51,935 bases of DNA from a virus (Duplodnaviria > Caudoviricetes): positions 1 to 51,935 of the IMG/VR virus record IMGVR_UViG_3300024344_000021; one strand, given 5' to 3'. Every line of letters starts with the position of its first letter. The first letter of the stretch is position 1. Positions 36,285-46,735 of this stretch are shown piece after piece. The position numbers and the translations under genes are program-made. The notes beneath the pieces are model-generated. The model saw nothing but the letters and a program-made list of their open reading frames with translations, was not told where the DNA came from and made no database searches.

Positions 36285-37793
36285 TTATTGTCCTACTTGT
36301 CCTAATGTCTCAAGTCGAAAACGTCCAAAATTAATAAAGCCATCATACATTAGTTTATAATCAAGAGCTTTTTCTGCTAAATCTCTATATGCAAGATAGT
36401 CTTTAGGTTTTTCTAGTTCATCTACAAGTGATGGATCAATAGCTATTCTTTCTACATACTCAGCAGTCGCTTGATATTCTGGTCTACCTATATATTGATC
36501 TATTCCTAATTTTTCTAATTCATCTCTTGCATTAGTTAAGTCTCTACTTTCTCTAGCCAGAGACCTTCCGATTAGTACCCATTCTCTTTGCATCGCTGCC
36601 ATTTCAGGATCAATAATTTTATCTGTATTCTCACCTATCCAATCATTCCATTTTGATAAAACTATATTATACTCTGTTAAATTTTGTACATCACTAGGAA
36701 GAATCCTAGAGCCATCAGCTCTTTTTTGTGTTAGTTTAGGTAAAAACTCTGTAGCAAATACTTTAGCACCTACCATACGCCCACCATCTGTAACAACATT
36801 AAACCCTGCTCTTGCTGAAGCTAACTCTGCTCTTTTTTCAGCAGGAGACATTTGTGGCCCTAACCCCGGAATACCCATAGACTCAGACTTAAATTCGTAT
36901 TCTCCTTTTGTTCCGTCTTCATTAATATCTCTTGTAAGCCTTACTAATTTAACAGAACCGTCTGGTCTATTCACCATCCGTACATCTTCTTCTACATCTA
37001 TTCTTCTAGGAACATACTCATCTATTTCTTTTGCCATGTTTCCATATTCTAGAGCATCTCTAATACTTCTTGAGTTTTCGTACTCTTTATTAAAAGCACT
37101 AAGGGCTGTTGCACTTGTAGAAAAATGATGGTTACGAATATCGTTAAGGGCCATATTTTGTCTTTCTTCTGTAGATGTACCCCCAAACATAGTATTTATT
37201 TTCCTACCTATAGCATCTACTATAGTGGTAGGCGTAGAGTCTTTTAGTTTGTTAGCCATCATAGAATCAAACTGCTCAGAGCTTACTATACTTTCAGCAG
37301 CCGATAAAGATTCTCTATAACCTTTAGCTCTTTCTTCAGCAAGTTCGGTAGCTGCTCCCTTTATAGAACCTATTAATGATTGATTAAGGTTCTCACCCGT
37401 TTGCATATTTCTACCTAATAAATTTATTCCTTCTTCTTGTTGTCTTGCTCTAGCAGCATCCATCATTTCAGACTCAACTGTACCATACACTTGATCATAA
37501 AAATATTCTTCAGGAGATTGACTAGCAGCAGCTATAGCATCTCTTGTTGCAAAAATACTATTAGCTTCACGTACTGCTTTAGAGTGTTGACGCTTTAAAT
37601 TTAAAACTTCTTCTTGATTAAAGAAGTCTTGAGCCTTCTGTTGCAGGTTATCTTCAATAATCCTACCTGCTACTGGCACAGCTATCTGAGCTATAGCAGC
37701 CCTAGTTTGGAATCTCTCTTGTCTCTTACGTTGACGATCCCTTCTTCTTCTACCTTCTCTGACAAGTCGAGTGCCTAGTTCATCAATACTCAT
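36285..37793 (-). CDS. Putative internal virion protein
   Basis: 502 aa helical ORF in the late operon. Confidence 0.5.
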   Translation of the reverse strand: MSIDELGTRLVREGRRRRDRQRKRQERFQTRAAIAQIAVPVAGRIIEDNLQQKAQDFFNQEEVLNLKRQHSKAVREANSIFATRDAIAAASQSPEEYFYDQVYGTVESEMMDAARARQQEEGINLLGRNMQTGENLNQSLIGSIKGAATELAEERAKGYRESLSAAESIVSSEQFDSMMANKLKDSTPTTIVDAIGRKINTMFGGTSTEERQNMALNDIRNHHFSTSATALSAFNKEYENSRSIRDALEYGNMAKEIDEYVPRRIDVEEDVRMVNRPDGSVKLVRLTRDINEDGTKGEYEFKSESMGIPGLGPQMSPAEKRAELASARAGFNVVTDGGRMVGAKVFATEFLPKLTQKRADGSRILPSDVQNLTEYNIVLSKWNDWIGENTDKIIDPEMAAMQREWVLIGRSLARESRDLTNARDELEKLGIDQYIGRPEYQATAEYVERIAIDPSLVDELEKPKDYLAYRDLAEKALDYKLMYDGFINFGRFRLETLGQVGQ

Positions 37794-37795
37794 AT

Positions 37796-38380
37796 CTATG
37801 TCCTTCCTAGTAAGCTGTCTGTTGGTTTCTCTTCTTCGGGTTTAGATAACAAACCAGAAGTAGGAAGCTCCTCAATCTGTTGTTCTATGTCTTGGGGTAT
37901 CATACCCTTTGGTATGTCTTTAGCACCAGACACACTTTGTAACTCTTTTAGTTTCTGCTTATCAACTTCAACATTAAACAATGTAGCTTCATCGTCATCG
38001 TCTTCTTCCTCGCCTCTGTAGACTTTGAAGTCTATGTCGGCTCTCTCAGCTAAAGCCATAAGCATATAGGCAGTAGGTTCTGCAAGAAGCATCATTAGGT
38101 CTGGATTCCATTTACCTTCTGTAAATCCTTTAAACAATATTCCTTGAGTAACATCCATCAAAGGAGTGCCGTCATCTATTACATTCATAATAGAAGTATA
38201 GGCTTCAGGCTCTATCAAACGCCCAAACACATACTGTATACCTTCCTCTAGGTTTGTATACACTGGAGGCTTTTCCCACGGCCACGGGCTATCAGGATCG
38301 CTAGTAAGCCCTTGTCCGGGTATTGGTCTGTTTAATGTAATTGTAGAAGCTACAGGATTATCTATCGTATCTATTGACAT
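37796..38380 (-). CDS. Conserved-looking acidic hypothetical protein ('PIPGQGLT...WEKPP')
   Basis: 194 aa; GGAG RBS. Confidence 0.6.
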   Translation of the reverse strand: MSIDTIDNPVASTITLNRPIPGQGLTSDPDSPWPWEKPPVYTNLEEGIQYVFGRLIEPEAYTSIMNVIDDGTPLMDVTQGILFKGFTEGKWNPDLMMLLAEPTAYMLMALAERADIDFKVYRGEEEDDDDEATLFNVEVDKQKLKELQSVSGAKDIPKGMIPQDIEQQIEELPTSGLLSKPEEEKPTDSLLGRT

Positions 38381-38390
38381 TGTTAGCTCC

Positions 38391-39536
38391 TTATGTTAAA
38401 CCCATTGCATTCATGTACTGCATATAAGTATTGTTGTTACCTACTCCATAGCCATATGAACCTTGAGGATCACGATAACCCATGTAAGGATCGGCTGCTG
38501 CTTGCATAAAGTCTTGCTGTGGTGTTGCAGGAGATACTGGAGCAAATCCTGCGTCTACTAATTGACCATAACCCATTTCAGGAGGATCACCTGCTAAAGC
38601 TCCCATAGCTGCCTGAGAAGCTACATTAACTCCTACCTGTGTAGCTGCTGAACCCAAGCTAGGCATACTTAATAAGCTACCGCCACCTGTGTCTGTTCCT
38701 ATAGTATCTACTGCACTTTCAGGTAATTTAAAAGGAACCTCTACAGTTGGTTTAGGTACTATCTTTTCTCCAGTTAATAAATTAGTATCAGGGTCTAATA
38801 AAGAAGGAGTCTGAGGTTGAGTCATTGTTGCTGTTGACTTTAAAGGACTAACTCCAAACACTTGAGAAACATTATCAGGGTCTAAGTTTATAGCCTTACC
38901 ACTAATGTCATCCCAGTTTTGTATTTGAGGATTTAATTGTTTTATTTCATCTACTGGTTTAAAAGTACTATCAGATAAAGTATCTAAAGTAGCACCGGAA
39001 TCTGCTACTACACTTTTTCTAAATGGATCAAGAATCTTATTAGCATTGTCAGTAATGTTTGTAGTTACTTTATTCCAAGCATCTCCAAAGGTTTGATCTT
39101 TACCAGACTTAACCCAAGTATCAAAACTACCATCTGCTGACCAACCAAATTTAGTAGGATCAAAACCCATCTTGTTAAGAGCAGTCTTAGTAAACTCACC
39201 TGCAAAAGTTTTAACACCTTGAGTAATAGTTCTAAAAGTATTCTTTACTCCACCTGCAAACGCACTAGCTTTACCTATGACAAACTTTGCTCCACTAAGT
39301 ATAGCATTACCTACAGTACCCATACTACCCAGTGCTGTAGCAGCTACGCCCCCTAATCCTTTGAGCATCCCCGACAGCATCGGCCCTATCCCCGGAACAA
39401 ACATAAGAGCAATTTGACCTGCAACACCAATCTTATTCATGAATTTTCCAATGCCTTTAAAAACACCTTTGATACCTTTACCAATCTTTTTAAAGACTTT
39501 TTTAACACCCTTGAATATTTTACTAAAAAATCCCAT
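38391..39536 (-). CDS. Putative DNA pilot/ejection protein with N-terminal amphipathic helix
   Basis: 'MGFFSKIFKGVKKVFKKIGKGIKGVFKGIGK' followed by a Gly/Ala-rich hydrophobic segment. Confidence 0.6.
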   Translation of the reverse strand: MGFFSKIFKGVKKVFKKIGKGIKGVFKGIGKFMNKIGVAGQIALMFVPGIGPMLSGMLKGLGGVAATALGSMGTVGNAILSGAKFVIGKASAFAGGVKNTFRTITQGVKTFAGEFTKTALNKMGFDPTKFGWSADGSFDTWVKSGKDQTFGDAWNKVTTNITDNANKILDPFRKSVVADSGATLDTLSDSTFKPVDEIKQLNPQIQNWDDISGKAINLDPDNVSQVFGVSPLKSTATMTQPQTPSLLDPDTNLLTGEKIVPKPTVEVPFKLPESAVDTIGTDTGGGSLLSMPSLGSAATQVGVNVASQAAMGALAGDPPEMGYGQLVDAGFAPVSPATPQQDFMQAAADPYMGYRDPQGSYGYGVGNNNTYMQYMNAMGLT

Positions 39537-39545
39537 TGCTTTCTC

Positions 39546-42500
39546 CTAGTCTATAATTCCGTCTACAATATCTACTATGGGTTGAATACCAACTGCACCT
39601 GTATCAATGTCATTAGAAATAGCTGTTGCATATAAAGTAGTTTTACGTTGCTCATTATTTTCATAAGCCTGTCTTAAATAAGCAGCTTCATCTCTTAATG
39701 TTTGCCATATAAAGTTTTGATCGGCTGCTGAAATCTGAAAAGACTTAGCTGCGTTTTCTTGATTAGCTGCATTCTGAGCAGCAGTATCTATAGTGTTAGC
39801 TTGTCTTCTCCACTGTATATTAGATTGTTCTACAGCTTGAGCATTAGCAGCATTCCACTGTTCTCTCTGTAAATCCATAGATTCATTAAACTGTTTTAGT
39901 TGTGTTGTTAGTTGATTGTTAAACTTTGCAGCATCTATAGCGTTACCTGCATTTATAGCTGCTACTCTGTTTGCTTCAGTAGCGTTAAACTGAGCCATCG
40001 CATTTGATTGGCTTGTATTAAACTGTTCAATTTGTGTAGCTAAACTTTCATTAAACTGATTAACTTGATTATCTGATGTAGCATTAAATTGTCTAGACGC
40101 ATTTTGAGATGCTTGATTAGATAGTAGTCTTTGTTGTTCTACTTGTGTATCTAATATTAAAGACTGTTGTTCATTACTTAAATCAGCCATATCTCTACTT
40201 AAAAAGTTTTGAGCTTGACTAATAGCTAGTCTAGTTCTTTGATCTGCTGTAGCTGCATCTAACCCTGCAAGTGCTGTAGCATTTTGCATAACAGCCTGTT
40301 GTCTTGCATTAAAGTCTGTAATAGTAGCTGTCTGCATAAAACGACTATTAGCTAACTCTACTTGTTGAGCATCATTAAACTTAGTTAAGTCCATCCTAGC
40401 TACTGTAGTAGCATTTTGAACAGCACGTTGTTGGTCTGCACTAAGTAAAGCTACGCCCATTGTTTGAGCTATACGTCCTTGAGCAATATTAGTTTGCATC
40501 CTAGCATTTAAATTAGCTAGTTCAGTCTGTTGTGCTGCTGTTAAGTTTTGTGATCCTGCTTGATTCTGTGCAGTTAGATTAGCTAGTCTTGTTTGTTGAT
40601 CAGCACTAAGATTAGCAATCTCCATCTGTTGTGCGAACCCTGCATTTCTAGACAAGAAGTCTGCTGCTACTTGCATTTCAGCAAGACGCTCTTGATTCTC
40701 AGCAGTCATGTTCTGCTGTTCTGTTTGATTCTTTATCTGTAAATTAGCAAGTTCTATTTGTTGTTCATTACCTAAGTTCTGTGATTTAGATGCAGCTTCA
40801 TTCTGTGCATTAAGTTCAGCAGTTCTCTGTTGGTTCTGAAGATTCTGTAGTCTAACCTGTTGTTGCTGTTGAGCAGATAAAGTATCTCTTTCTTGATTAA
40901 ACTGACTTTGAAGAACATTTAAGTTCTGTGCAAACTGCGCTGACTGTGACTCTGCTGTCTGACGATTTGCTAAGTTATTCATTCTTCTAGTAGCATCTAG
41001 CTGTGATCTTTGTAGATTAGCCTGTTGCTCATTAGAAAGATTTTGTGCTGCTCTAGTCTGTAAAGCCTGTGCATTACTTTGAGCTATAGGTATAGCACTT
41101 TGTATAATAGCATTAAATAAAGCATCTCGTCCTACAGTAGAAGCATCTATACCTCGTTGAGTCATGTTTTGATTAACAGCATCATAAGCAGGTCTAGCCC
41201 ATGTAGGTATATTACCAGACTCCATACCTGCTAAAAGTGTTTCCATCTGTGAAGATACTAAAGCTTCTTGAGGTAACGCTGCTACTGCTGCAATAACTTC
41301 AGGAGCTTCATTATCTATCTGTGCTTCTACTTTAGCAGGGTCTTCTACTATAGTCCTTGCTAAGTTAGCAGGTATATTAGCTGTCTCTGCTGTAAACTGA
41401 ACTGCTGCATCTTTAGCTGCAACTCCCGTAACTTCTCTACGTTTATAAGATTCATAGTCTATAGTGTCTGTAATTCTAGCAGCATCACCTGTAGCTGATG
41501 TACCTGTTATAGCTTCTCTAGTTTGCTTTTCAGCTTCTTTAGTTGGTGATAAAGTTATTTGATCTCTTGGTTCTACTTTTTCTACGAACGCAGTATCAGA
41601 TAAAGTAACGTCTGTTGTCCTTCTACCTAGTCCAGTTTTTAATTGTTCTGCACTAAACTGTGCTGCCTGTGCTCGTTCAGTTAGTGCGTTAATTTCATCT
41701 ACTGTAATAGGAGGTCTGTTTCTATTTTGTGCAAACTGTGGACTGTTTAAAACATCTACTAAAGCTGCGTTATAGTTTGCAGGGGTTACTGTACCTGCTT
41801 CGGCTGCTTGATCTACATTAGCCTTTGCTACTGTAAAAGCTGACTTAGATACTCCTGTAGGTGGCTGTACATCTGTATACTTAGATACTGCCTCTATATC
41901 TGCCTTTGCAGTTATACCTGTACTTGGATCAATAGTAGTTGCTATTCTATCATCAACTAATAAATTAGGATTAACTCTTTGATAATCAGATATAAAAGCT
42001 CCTGTTGCTGCTGTACCATCTGCCTTAGTTGCAGTATCAATAGCAGCCATTTGTGCTTGAGTTGCTTTATCTAATAGTTGAGTTCTAGTAGCTGCTTGAA
42101 CTCCTCCTACTCCCCCTACTGTTGGGAATGGATCAGGTGTAGTAACAGTTTGTCCTGCTGCCTGTTGATTTTGCCTAGCTAGTTCTGCTTCTATTTGTGC
42201 TACAGTAGCTCCAAATTGATCAGCAACTTGATCTGAAGTTATTGTTCCTGCATTAAGAGCATCAACTACTTGTTGTGTTTCAGCCTGAGTATATTTACCA
42301 TCGGCAGGTATATCAGCTATTTGATTGGCAGATTGTATGTTAGAAGTAATTTGAGCAGCAGGTATACCATATCTTTGTTCTAGTTGACTAGCATCTACTT
42401 TTCCTGCATTAAACGCAGCAACAACATCATTCATTTCTTGAGCAGTATAATTACCGTCATCTCTTTTAGGTGCTAAACCTTCAAAGGGATCAGGAGCAGG

Positions 42501-42671
42501 ATCAACAGTATCTCCACCACCAATCACCCTAACCGGGCCTCCAATGACACCTATTCCAGTATCAGGCTCAAAATTTTGTCTATCTTCATCAGTCATACCA
42601 CCAATTTGATAAGAAACTCTACCACCCTTACGATAGTCTACTCTTTTCTTGTATGCTCTTTTTCTAGCCAT
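39546..42671 (-). CDS. Gln/Asn/Ala-rich coiled-coil internal virion protein
   Basis: 1041 aa; 'NLSNEQQ' and 'QFN' repeats. Confidence 0.65.
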   Translation of the reverse strand: MARKRAYKKRVDYRKGGRVSYQIGGMTDEDRQNFEPDTGIGVIGGPVRVIGGGDTVDPAPDPFEGLAPKRDDGNYTAQEMNDVVAAFNAGKVDASQLEQRYGIPAAQITSNIQSANQIADIPADGKYTQAETQQVVDALNAGTITSDQVADQFGATVAQIEAELARQNQQAAGQTVTTPDPFPTVGGVGGVQAATRTQLLDKATQAQMAAIDTATKADGTAATGAFISDYQRVNPNLLVDDRIATTIDPSTGITAKADIEAVSKYTDVQPPTGVSKSAFTVAKANVDQAAEAGTVTPANYNAALVDVLNSPQFAQNRNRPPITVDEINALTERAQAAQFSAEQLKTGLGRRTTDVTLSDTAFVEKVEPRDQITLSPTKEAEKQTREAITGTSATGDAARITDTIDYESYKRREVTGVAAKDAAVQFTAETANIPANLARTIVEDPAKVEAQIDNEAPEVIAAVAALPQEALVSSQMETLLAGMESGNIPTWARPAYDAVNQNMTQRGIDASTVGRDALFNAIIQSAIPIAQSNAQALQTRAAQNLSNEQQANLQRSQLDATRRMNNLANRQTAESQSAQFAQNLNVLQSQFNQERDTLSAQQQQQVRLQNLQNQQRTAELNAQNEAASKSQNLGNEQQIELANLQIKNQTEQQNMTAENQERLAEMQVAADFLSRNAGFAQQMEIANLSADQQTRLANLTAQNQAGSQNLTAAQQTELANLNARMQTNIAQGRIAQTMGVALLSADQQRAVQNATTVARMDLTKFNDAQQVELANSRFMQTATITDFNARQQAVMQNATALAGLDAATADQRTRLAISQAQNFLSRDMADLSNEQQSLILDTQVEQQRLLSNQASQNASRQFNATSDNQVNQFNESLATQIEQFNTSQSNAMAQFNATEANRVAAINAGNAIDAAKFNNQLTTQLKQFNESMDLQREQWNAANAQAVEQSNIQWRRQANTIDTAAQNAANQENAAKSFQISAADQNFIWQTLRDEAAYLRQAYENNEQRKTTLYATAISNDIDTGAVGIQPIVDIVDGIID

Positions 42672-42673
42672 AA

Positions 42674-43081
42674 TTATTTCTCTCTTTGAACACCTTTAAC
42701 CTTTTCAAAAGTTCTTAGTCCACCTAGACCAAGCATACCTAAAAGAACAGGCATCATAGTTTGTAAATCAATTAATGGTATAACTATATCTGTGTCAGCT
42801 AACGCTAATGCAAAGTTAGCAAATGGGATTATAAGAAAGTTACCGACCATACCTAAACAACAAGACCATCCTATAGCGGGTCGCCACCCTGCCACAAATA
42901 AACTGTTATGTGCTGCTTCAGTTTTATTTATTTCTAATTGAGCTTGTATAGTTTCTTGAGCGTGTCGTTCGCTCATAGTTGCTATTTCATGTGCCAACAA
43001 TGAACGCTGATCTTTATCTTCTACAAATTTATCTAAGATACTTGATACAGGCCCAATTAATTTATCTACAAGTCCAATCAT
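42674..43081 (-). CDS. Holin, 3-TM (GTA holin-like)
   Basis: 'FVAGWRPAIGW', 'LLGMLGLGGLRTFEKVKGV'. Confidence 0.85.
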   Translation of the reverse strand: MIGLVDKLIGPVSSILDKFVEDKDQRSLLAHEIATMSERHAQETIQAQLEINKTEAAHNSLFVAGWRPAIGWSCCLGMVGNFLIIPFANFALALADTDIVIPLIDLQTMMPVLLGMLGLGGLRTFEKVKGVQREK

Positions 43082-43094
43082 AATTTATGTCCTT

Positions 43095-43250
43095 TTAAAT
43101 TGCTAATGCGATTCCAAGAAGTATAACGACTACAACACCTGCATAGACTAATACTCTATTATCTAAATTAGATGGCGAGTCTAGTTTATCTTTAGTGCGT
43201 GTTAAAAATCCTTGAAGTTTTTCTAGTAATGCGTTTAGTGCTGTCAACAT
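43095..43250 (-). CDS. Small membrane protein, 51 aa
   Basis: Manual translation; C-terminal TM 'VLVYAGVVVVILLGIALAI'. Confidence 0.6.
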   Translation of the reverse strand: MLTALNALLEKLQGFLTRTKDKLDSPSNLDNRVLVYAGVVVVILLGIALAI

Positions 43251-43252
43251 AG

Positions 43253-43492
43253 TTATTCTCCCCATCCCATGTAAATACCAACCGCTAGTGCAGTCAGTAA
43301 CGCTGTTGTTATCATTCTAGCTATAGTCTGTCCTACTGTAGTTTTAGTAGCTCTCCAAGAGTCTAGTAAACTTCTAAGTTCTTTAACATCGTCATAGGCT
43401 TCTTCATCAGACAAGCCTACTTCTTTAAGAGCTTGTTTAGCTCCCTCTTGGGCTGCTTTATGTATAAGTGCTTCTAATTCCTGTTCAGTCAT
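43253..43492 (-). CDS. Small membrane protein (DUF6127-like)
   Basis: 'AAQEGAKQAL..GL.D..A..D..ELR.LL..WR' plus TM. Confidence 0.6.
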   Translation of the reverse strand: MTEQELEALIHKAAQEGAKQALKEVGLSDEEAYDDVKELRSLLDSWRATKTTVGQTIARMITTALLTALAVGIYMGWGE

Positions 43493-43494
43493 GA

Positions 43495-43788
43495 TTAACA
43501 CTTCCACCTTTTTCTAGCCTGACGTAACCTAGAATTAGGATCTTTAGCAGCTTTGGGAAACTTTTTCATCTGCCCCGCAGAACGAGCACAAAAAGACTTA
43601 CGCCTCTTTGCATCCTTGCTGCCTTTCTTGACCTTGCCCGTAACTGCTGTTTGCAACTTAGAGCCGGGATTGTCCCTACGATATTTAGCTACACCCTTCT
43701 TGGTCATACCTGCGCCAGATTTAGTCGGACGCTTATGACCACCTTTAATGGTGTGGCCTTTCATAGTCCCCTTTTTCTTAGTTGCCAT
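43495..43788 (-). CDS. Basic protein (DUF6321-like)
   Basis: 'NPGSKLQTAVT', 'RRKSFCARS', 'SRLRQARKRWKC'. Confidence 0.65.
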   Translation of the reverse strand: MATKKKGTMKGHTIKGGHKRPTKSGAGMTKKGVAKYRRDNPGSKLQTAVTGKVKKGSKDAKRRKSFCARSAGQMKKFPKAAKDPNSRLRQARKRWKC

Positions 43789-43789
43789 A

Positions 43790-43978
43790 CTACTTATCCT
43801 CACTAAATGATAAAAGTTCAAGAGTTATATTAGTTTTATAAACATCTAAAAGACCTATGATAGCTTCAAGAGGTACACCTCTATCTGCTTGAGTAACAAG
43901 ATAATCTACTAGTTCTTTAGTGGCAGTTTCAATTAATTTATCTTTATTTTTAGGATTTAAATAAACAATGTTTTCCAT
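43790..43978 (-). CDS. Hypothetical protein
   Basis: Likely start MENIV. Confidence 0.55.
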   Translation of the reverse strand: MENIVYLNPKNKDKLIETATKELVDYLVTQADRGVPLEAIIGLLDVYKTNITLELLSFSEDK

Positions 43979-43979
43979 A

Positions 43980-44177
43980 CTATTTGTACCACCTTGAGTC
44001 TTCATCAACATTAATATGCTGACAATGAGCTTTAATGTCTGGATACTCTGGCTGATTACTTAACCTTTGAGCAAAGTACAAACATCTATTTATATCTTGA
44101 AAGCAAAGAGCTTGCTCACAAGTTTGATCTACTCTTTGACCGCCTATAGTAACTATTAGAATAAATAAAACTTTCAT
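43980..44177 (-). CDS. Small Cys-containing secreted/membrane protein
   Basis: 65 aa; hydrophobic N-terminus, 4 Cys. Confidence 0.55.
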   Translation of the reverse strand: MKVLFILIVTIGGQRVDQTCEQALCFQDINRCLYFAQRLSNQPEYPDIKAHCQHINVDEDSRWYK

Positions 44178-44179
44178 AG

Positions 44180-44689
44180 TTACTCAGGCTTTTCAGGCCA
44201 ATCATCTTCTGTTAAGTTATGTGGAAAATTACTGTGTGTAGTTATATCTCTTAATGCTTGCCTATAAGTAGCCCAATCAGAAGACATTGTAACATCCGAC
44301 AACCCCATCCAATCTGTTTCAGCAAGCAATCCATCACGCTTAGTTCTTACTGCCGCAGCAGCTTCAGCATCTAACTTAGCCTGATAGGCTGCCTCATGTT
44401 CTGCTTTAATCGTAGTCACACCATCAACAGTCGTATCAACAAACATATCTTGTTCAACCCAAGCCTGTACCCACTGGTCATTGTCGTTTTGTTCAACACC
44501 ATTGCGTACATAGTGCTTGTAAGCCTCAGAACTTGTAGGCTTTGGGGTTTCAAAAACTATGTCAACTCCTAAAAATTCATATACTTCATCATTCCAAACT
44601 TTAGGAAAAGAAGTATTAGCATTAGCAGCTATTAGTTCTTCCTTAGTTTTAATTTCTCCATTTGATTGTAACCTGTATTCATTTGCCAT
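44180..44689 (-). CDS. Tail fibre assembly chaperone
   Basis: C-terminal 'R..RD.LL..TDW...D....WATYRQALRDI...FP......WP.KP'. Confidence 0.85.
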   Translation of the reverse strand: MANEYRLQSNGEIKTKEELIAANANTSFPKVWNDEVYEFLGVDIVFETPKPTSSEAYKHYVRNGVEQNDNDQWVQAWVEQDMFVDTTVDGVTTIKAEHEAAYQAKLDAEAAAAVRTKRDGLLAETDWMGLSDVTMSSDWATYRQALRDITTHSNFPHNLTEDDWPEKPE

Positions 44690-44698
44690 TGTTATCTC

Positions 44699-46729
44699 CT
44701 ACGCAAAAGCTAAATATATATATTTGCCACCACTAGCGTTTAAAGCAGCAGGAGCAGAAGAAGTTATTGTAAAACCTGACGAATGAGGGTCTATATAATC
44801 TGTGTTTGTAACTTCAGCAGCGGTGCTATTCCATAAAATATAAGGATCATTTCCTGATACAATTCCGCTTGTTGTATCAAAAACATACCAACCACCTGCA
44901 CCAGCAACGCCATCATCTGCTCTTTTAATTAACACAAATCTTGCAGCAGCACCTAAATCTGTTAGATTTATGTCATTACCTGTCCCAGTGTATGATCCAA
45001 CATGAGAAATACCAGATAAACTTGCAAAACCCAACCAAAGATAAGACCCACTTGAATTATTAACCATATCATTTGTGCCAACTTTAAAAACTGAAGCAGT
45101 TGGAGTAGCACGAAAAATAGTTGTGCTTCCAAAAACACCAACGGAACCATCTGCTAAAAACAAATATTGACCATTGAAGCTGCCAGTAAAAGGAACATCT
45201 TTATGATACACGCCCCAATCCCCACTAGAACTAGAGTCTAATCGCTTAATTATTTGCATTTCAGGAACAACTTTTAAATTGTGAGTAACATCAAGGTTGC
45301 TGCCTGTTCCTGAGTAGACTACTACATCAAATACTTTTGGATATCTTCTAAACGAATAGTAAGCTCTTGGTGAGCTTGTACCGTCAAAATTTCCTGTAAC
45401 TTCTATAACATCTTGTTTGTGTCCGAAATCAAAAAGCGGCCCTGCTGCTGCATCATTAGCATGAGTATAAAGATTCTTACCACCTAATAATCTGGTTATA
45501 AGATAATTACTGTAATTTGAATCTCTCCATGAACCAAATTGTATGTCAGCTGGAAATCCAGTAGCAGGTAATTCTGTTCCATTTTGTAAATTGGTTGTAT
45601 TTTCTGCTATATGCAATACATCAGTACCCGCAGAAGGTTCTTTCATAGGGCCACGACGGATTGCCATGTAAACATATGTTGAGCCAGAATTACTTACATT
45701 TGAATCATTTACAATAAAACCTGTGCTTGTTAATTTACCTCTGTATGAATTTAAATCTTCATCTTCAGATGAGTTCCAAAATAAAGTAGCTTGATCATTG
45801 CCTGTTGCTGTATAACCCCTCATGTTGTCAAAGATCATCCAAGAATTTGCCTGAGAATTTCCTGTATCATTACCAGTACTTCTTTTTATCATTAACCATT
45901 GTGGTTCAAATCCAACATCTACCGTTACATCTGTTGAGCCATTTCCATTATAATAACCACACTTTATAATAGCTTCATCGCCATCATCACCAAAAATTTG
46001 ACTATCTGAGTCACCTTGACCCGCAAATAAATACGCAATATAGGTTGCCCCATTTTGATTTGTATCATCAACCCGACTTCCCTGACCTAAAGTAAAATTA
46101 CTAGCGTTCCCATTTGCATCGTAAAATGCTGAATTATCACCACCAGTGTTAGTAAAAGCTGCGTCAGTGTTTAGAACACCGTAGCTATAACTAAGTTGAC
46201 TATATCTGTGCCAAACTCTCCAATCAGCACTAGAATCTGTTCGCTTTACCATAATCATTCCGGGTTTACACCCAAGATTGTGATTTACCGTTCTAGCTGA
46301 AGTACCATCACCAGTGTAAGTGACAACATCAAAAAATCCTTCTTGTTTTCGGAATGTCCAAGAAGTGTATATATAATTATCATTATTTGTTATTCCAGTT
46401 GCAGTGTTTAAATCAAATCCAGTTGAAGTAAAAGCATTTGATGTATCATTTTTTAAAGGAGTGTAGTTATCTTGTGCAGCATTTGAGCTTGAATGAATAA
46501 CATTGTTAGAATTTCGTTCCGTATCATATAAAGCGTGGTCAGCAGCATCTTCTCTAGATTTAATCCAAACAAGACCACCTTCTCCCGCAAGATCAATACC
46601 ATTGTTAATGGATTGTGAACCAGAATTTCCATTATAAAGATGCGTAGAAAATACATCTTCAACATAAACTTTATCACCACTAGCAGAACCCGCAGCAGCG
46701 TGTAATAATTTTTTGGCTGATCCTGACAT
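44699..46729 (-). CDS. Tail fibre/receptor-binding protein with repeated beta domains
   Basis: Internal repeats 'FDVV.Y.G.G', 'IKR', 'Y.Y.A'; follows tail fibre and precedes chaperone. Confidence 0.7.
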   Translation of the reverse strand: MSGSAKKLLHAAAGSASGDKVYVEDVFSTHLYNGNSGSQSINNGIDLAGEGGLVWIKSREDAADHALYDTERNSNNVIHSSSNAAQDNYTPLKNDTSNAFTSTGFDLNTATGITNNDNYIYTSWTFRKQEGFFDVVTYTGDGTSARTVNHNLGCKPGMIMVKRTDSSADWRVWHRYSQLSYSYGVLNTDAAFTNTGGDNSAFYDANGNASNFTLGQGSRVDDTNQNGATYIAYLFAGQGDSDSQIFGDDGDEAIIKCGYYNGNGSTDVTVDVGFEPQWLMIKRSTGNDTGNSQANSWMIFDNMRGYTATGNDQATLFWNSSEDEDLNSYRGKLTSTGFIVNDSNVSNSGSTYVYMAIRRGPMKEPSAGTDVLHIAENTTNLQNGTELPATGFPADIQFGSWRDSNYSNYLITRLLGGKNLYTHANDAAAGPLFDFGHKQDVIEVTGNFDGTSSPRAYYSFRRYPKVFDVVVYSGTGSNLDVTHNLKVVPEMQIIKRLDSSSSGDWGVYHKDVPFTGSFNGQYLFLADGSVGVFGSTTIFRATPTASVFKVGTNDMVNNSSGSYLWLGFASLSGISHVGSYTGTGNDINLTDLGAAARFVLIKRADDGVAGAGGWYVFDTTSGIVSGNDPYILWNSTAAEVTNTDYIDPHSSGFTITSSAPAALNASGGKYIYLAFA

Positions 46730-46735
46730 ACTATT

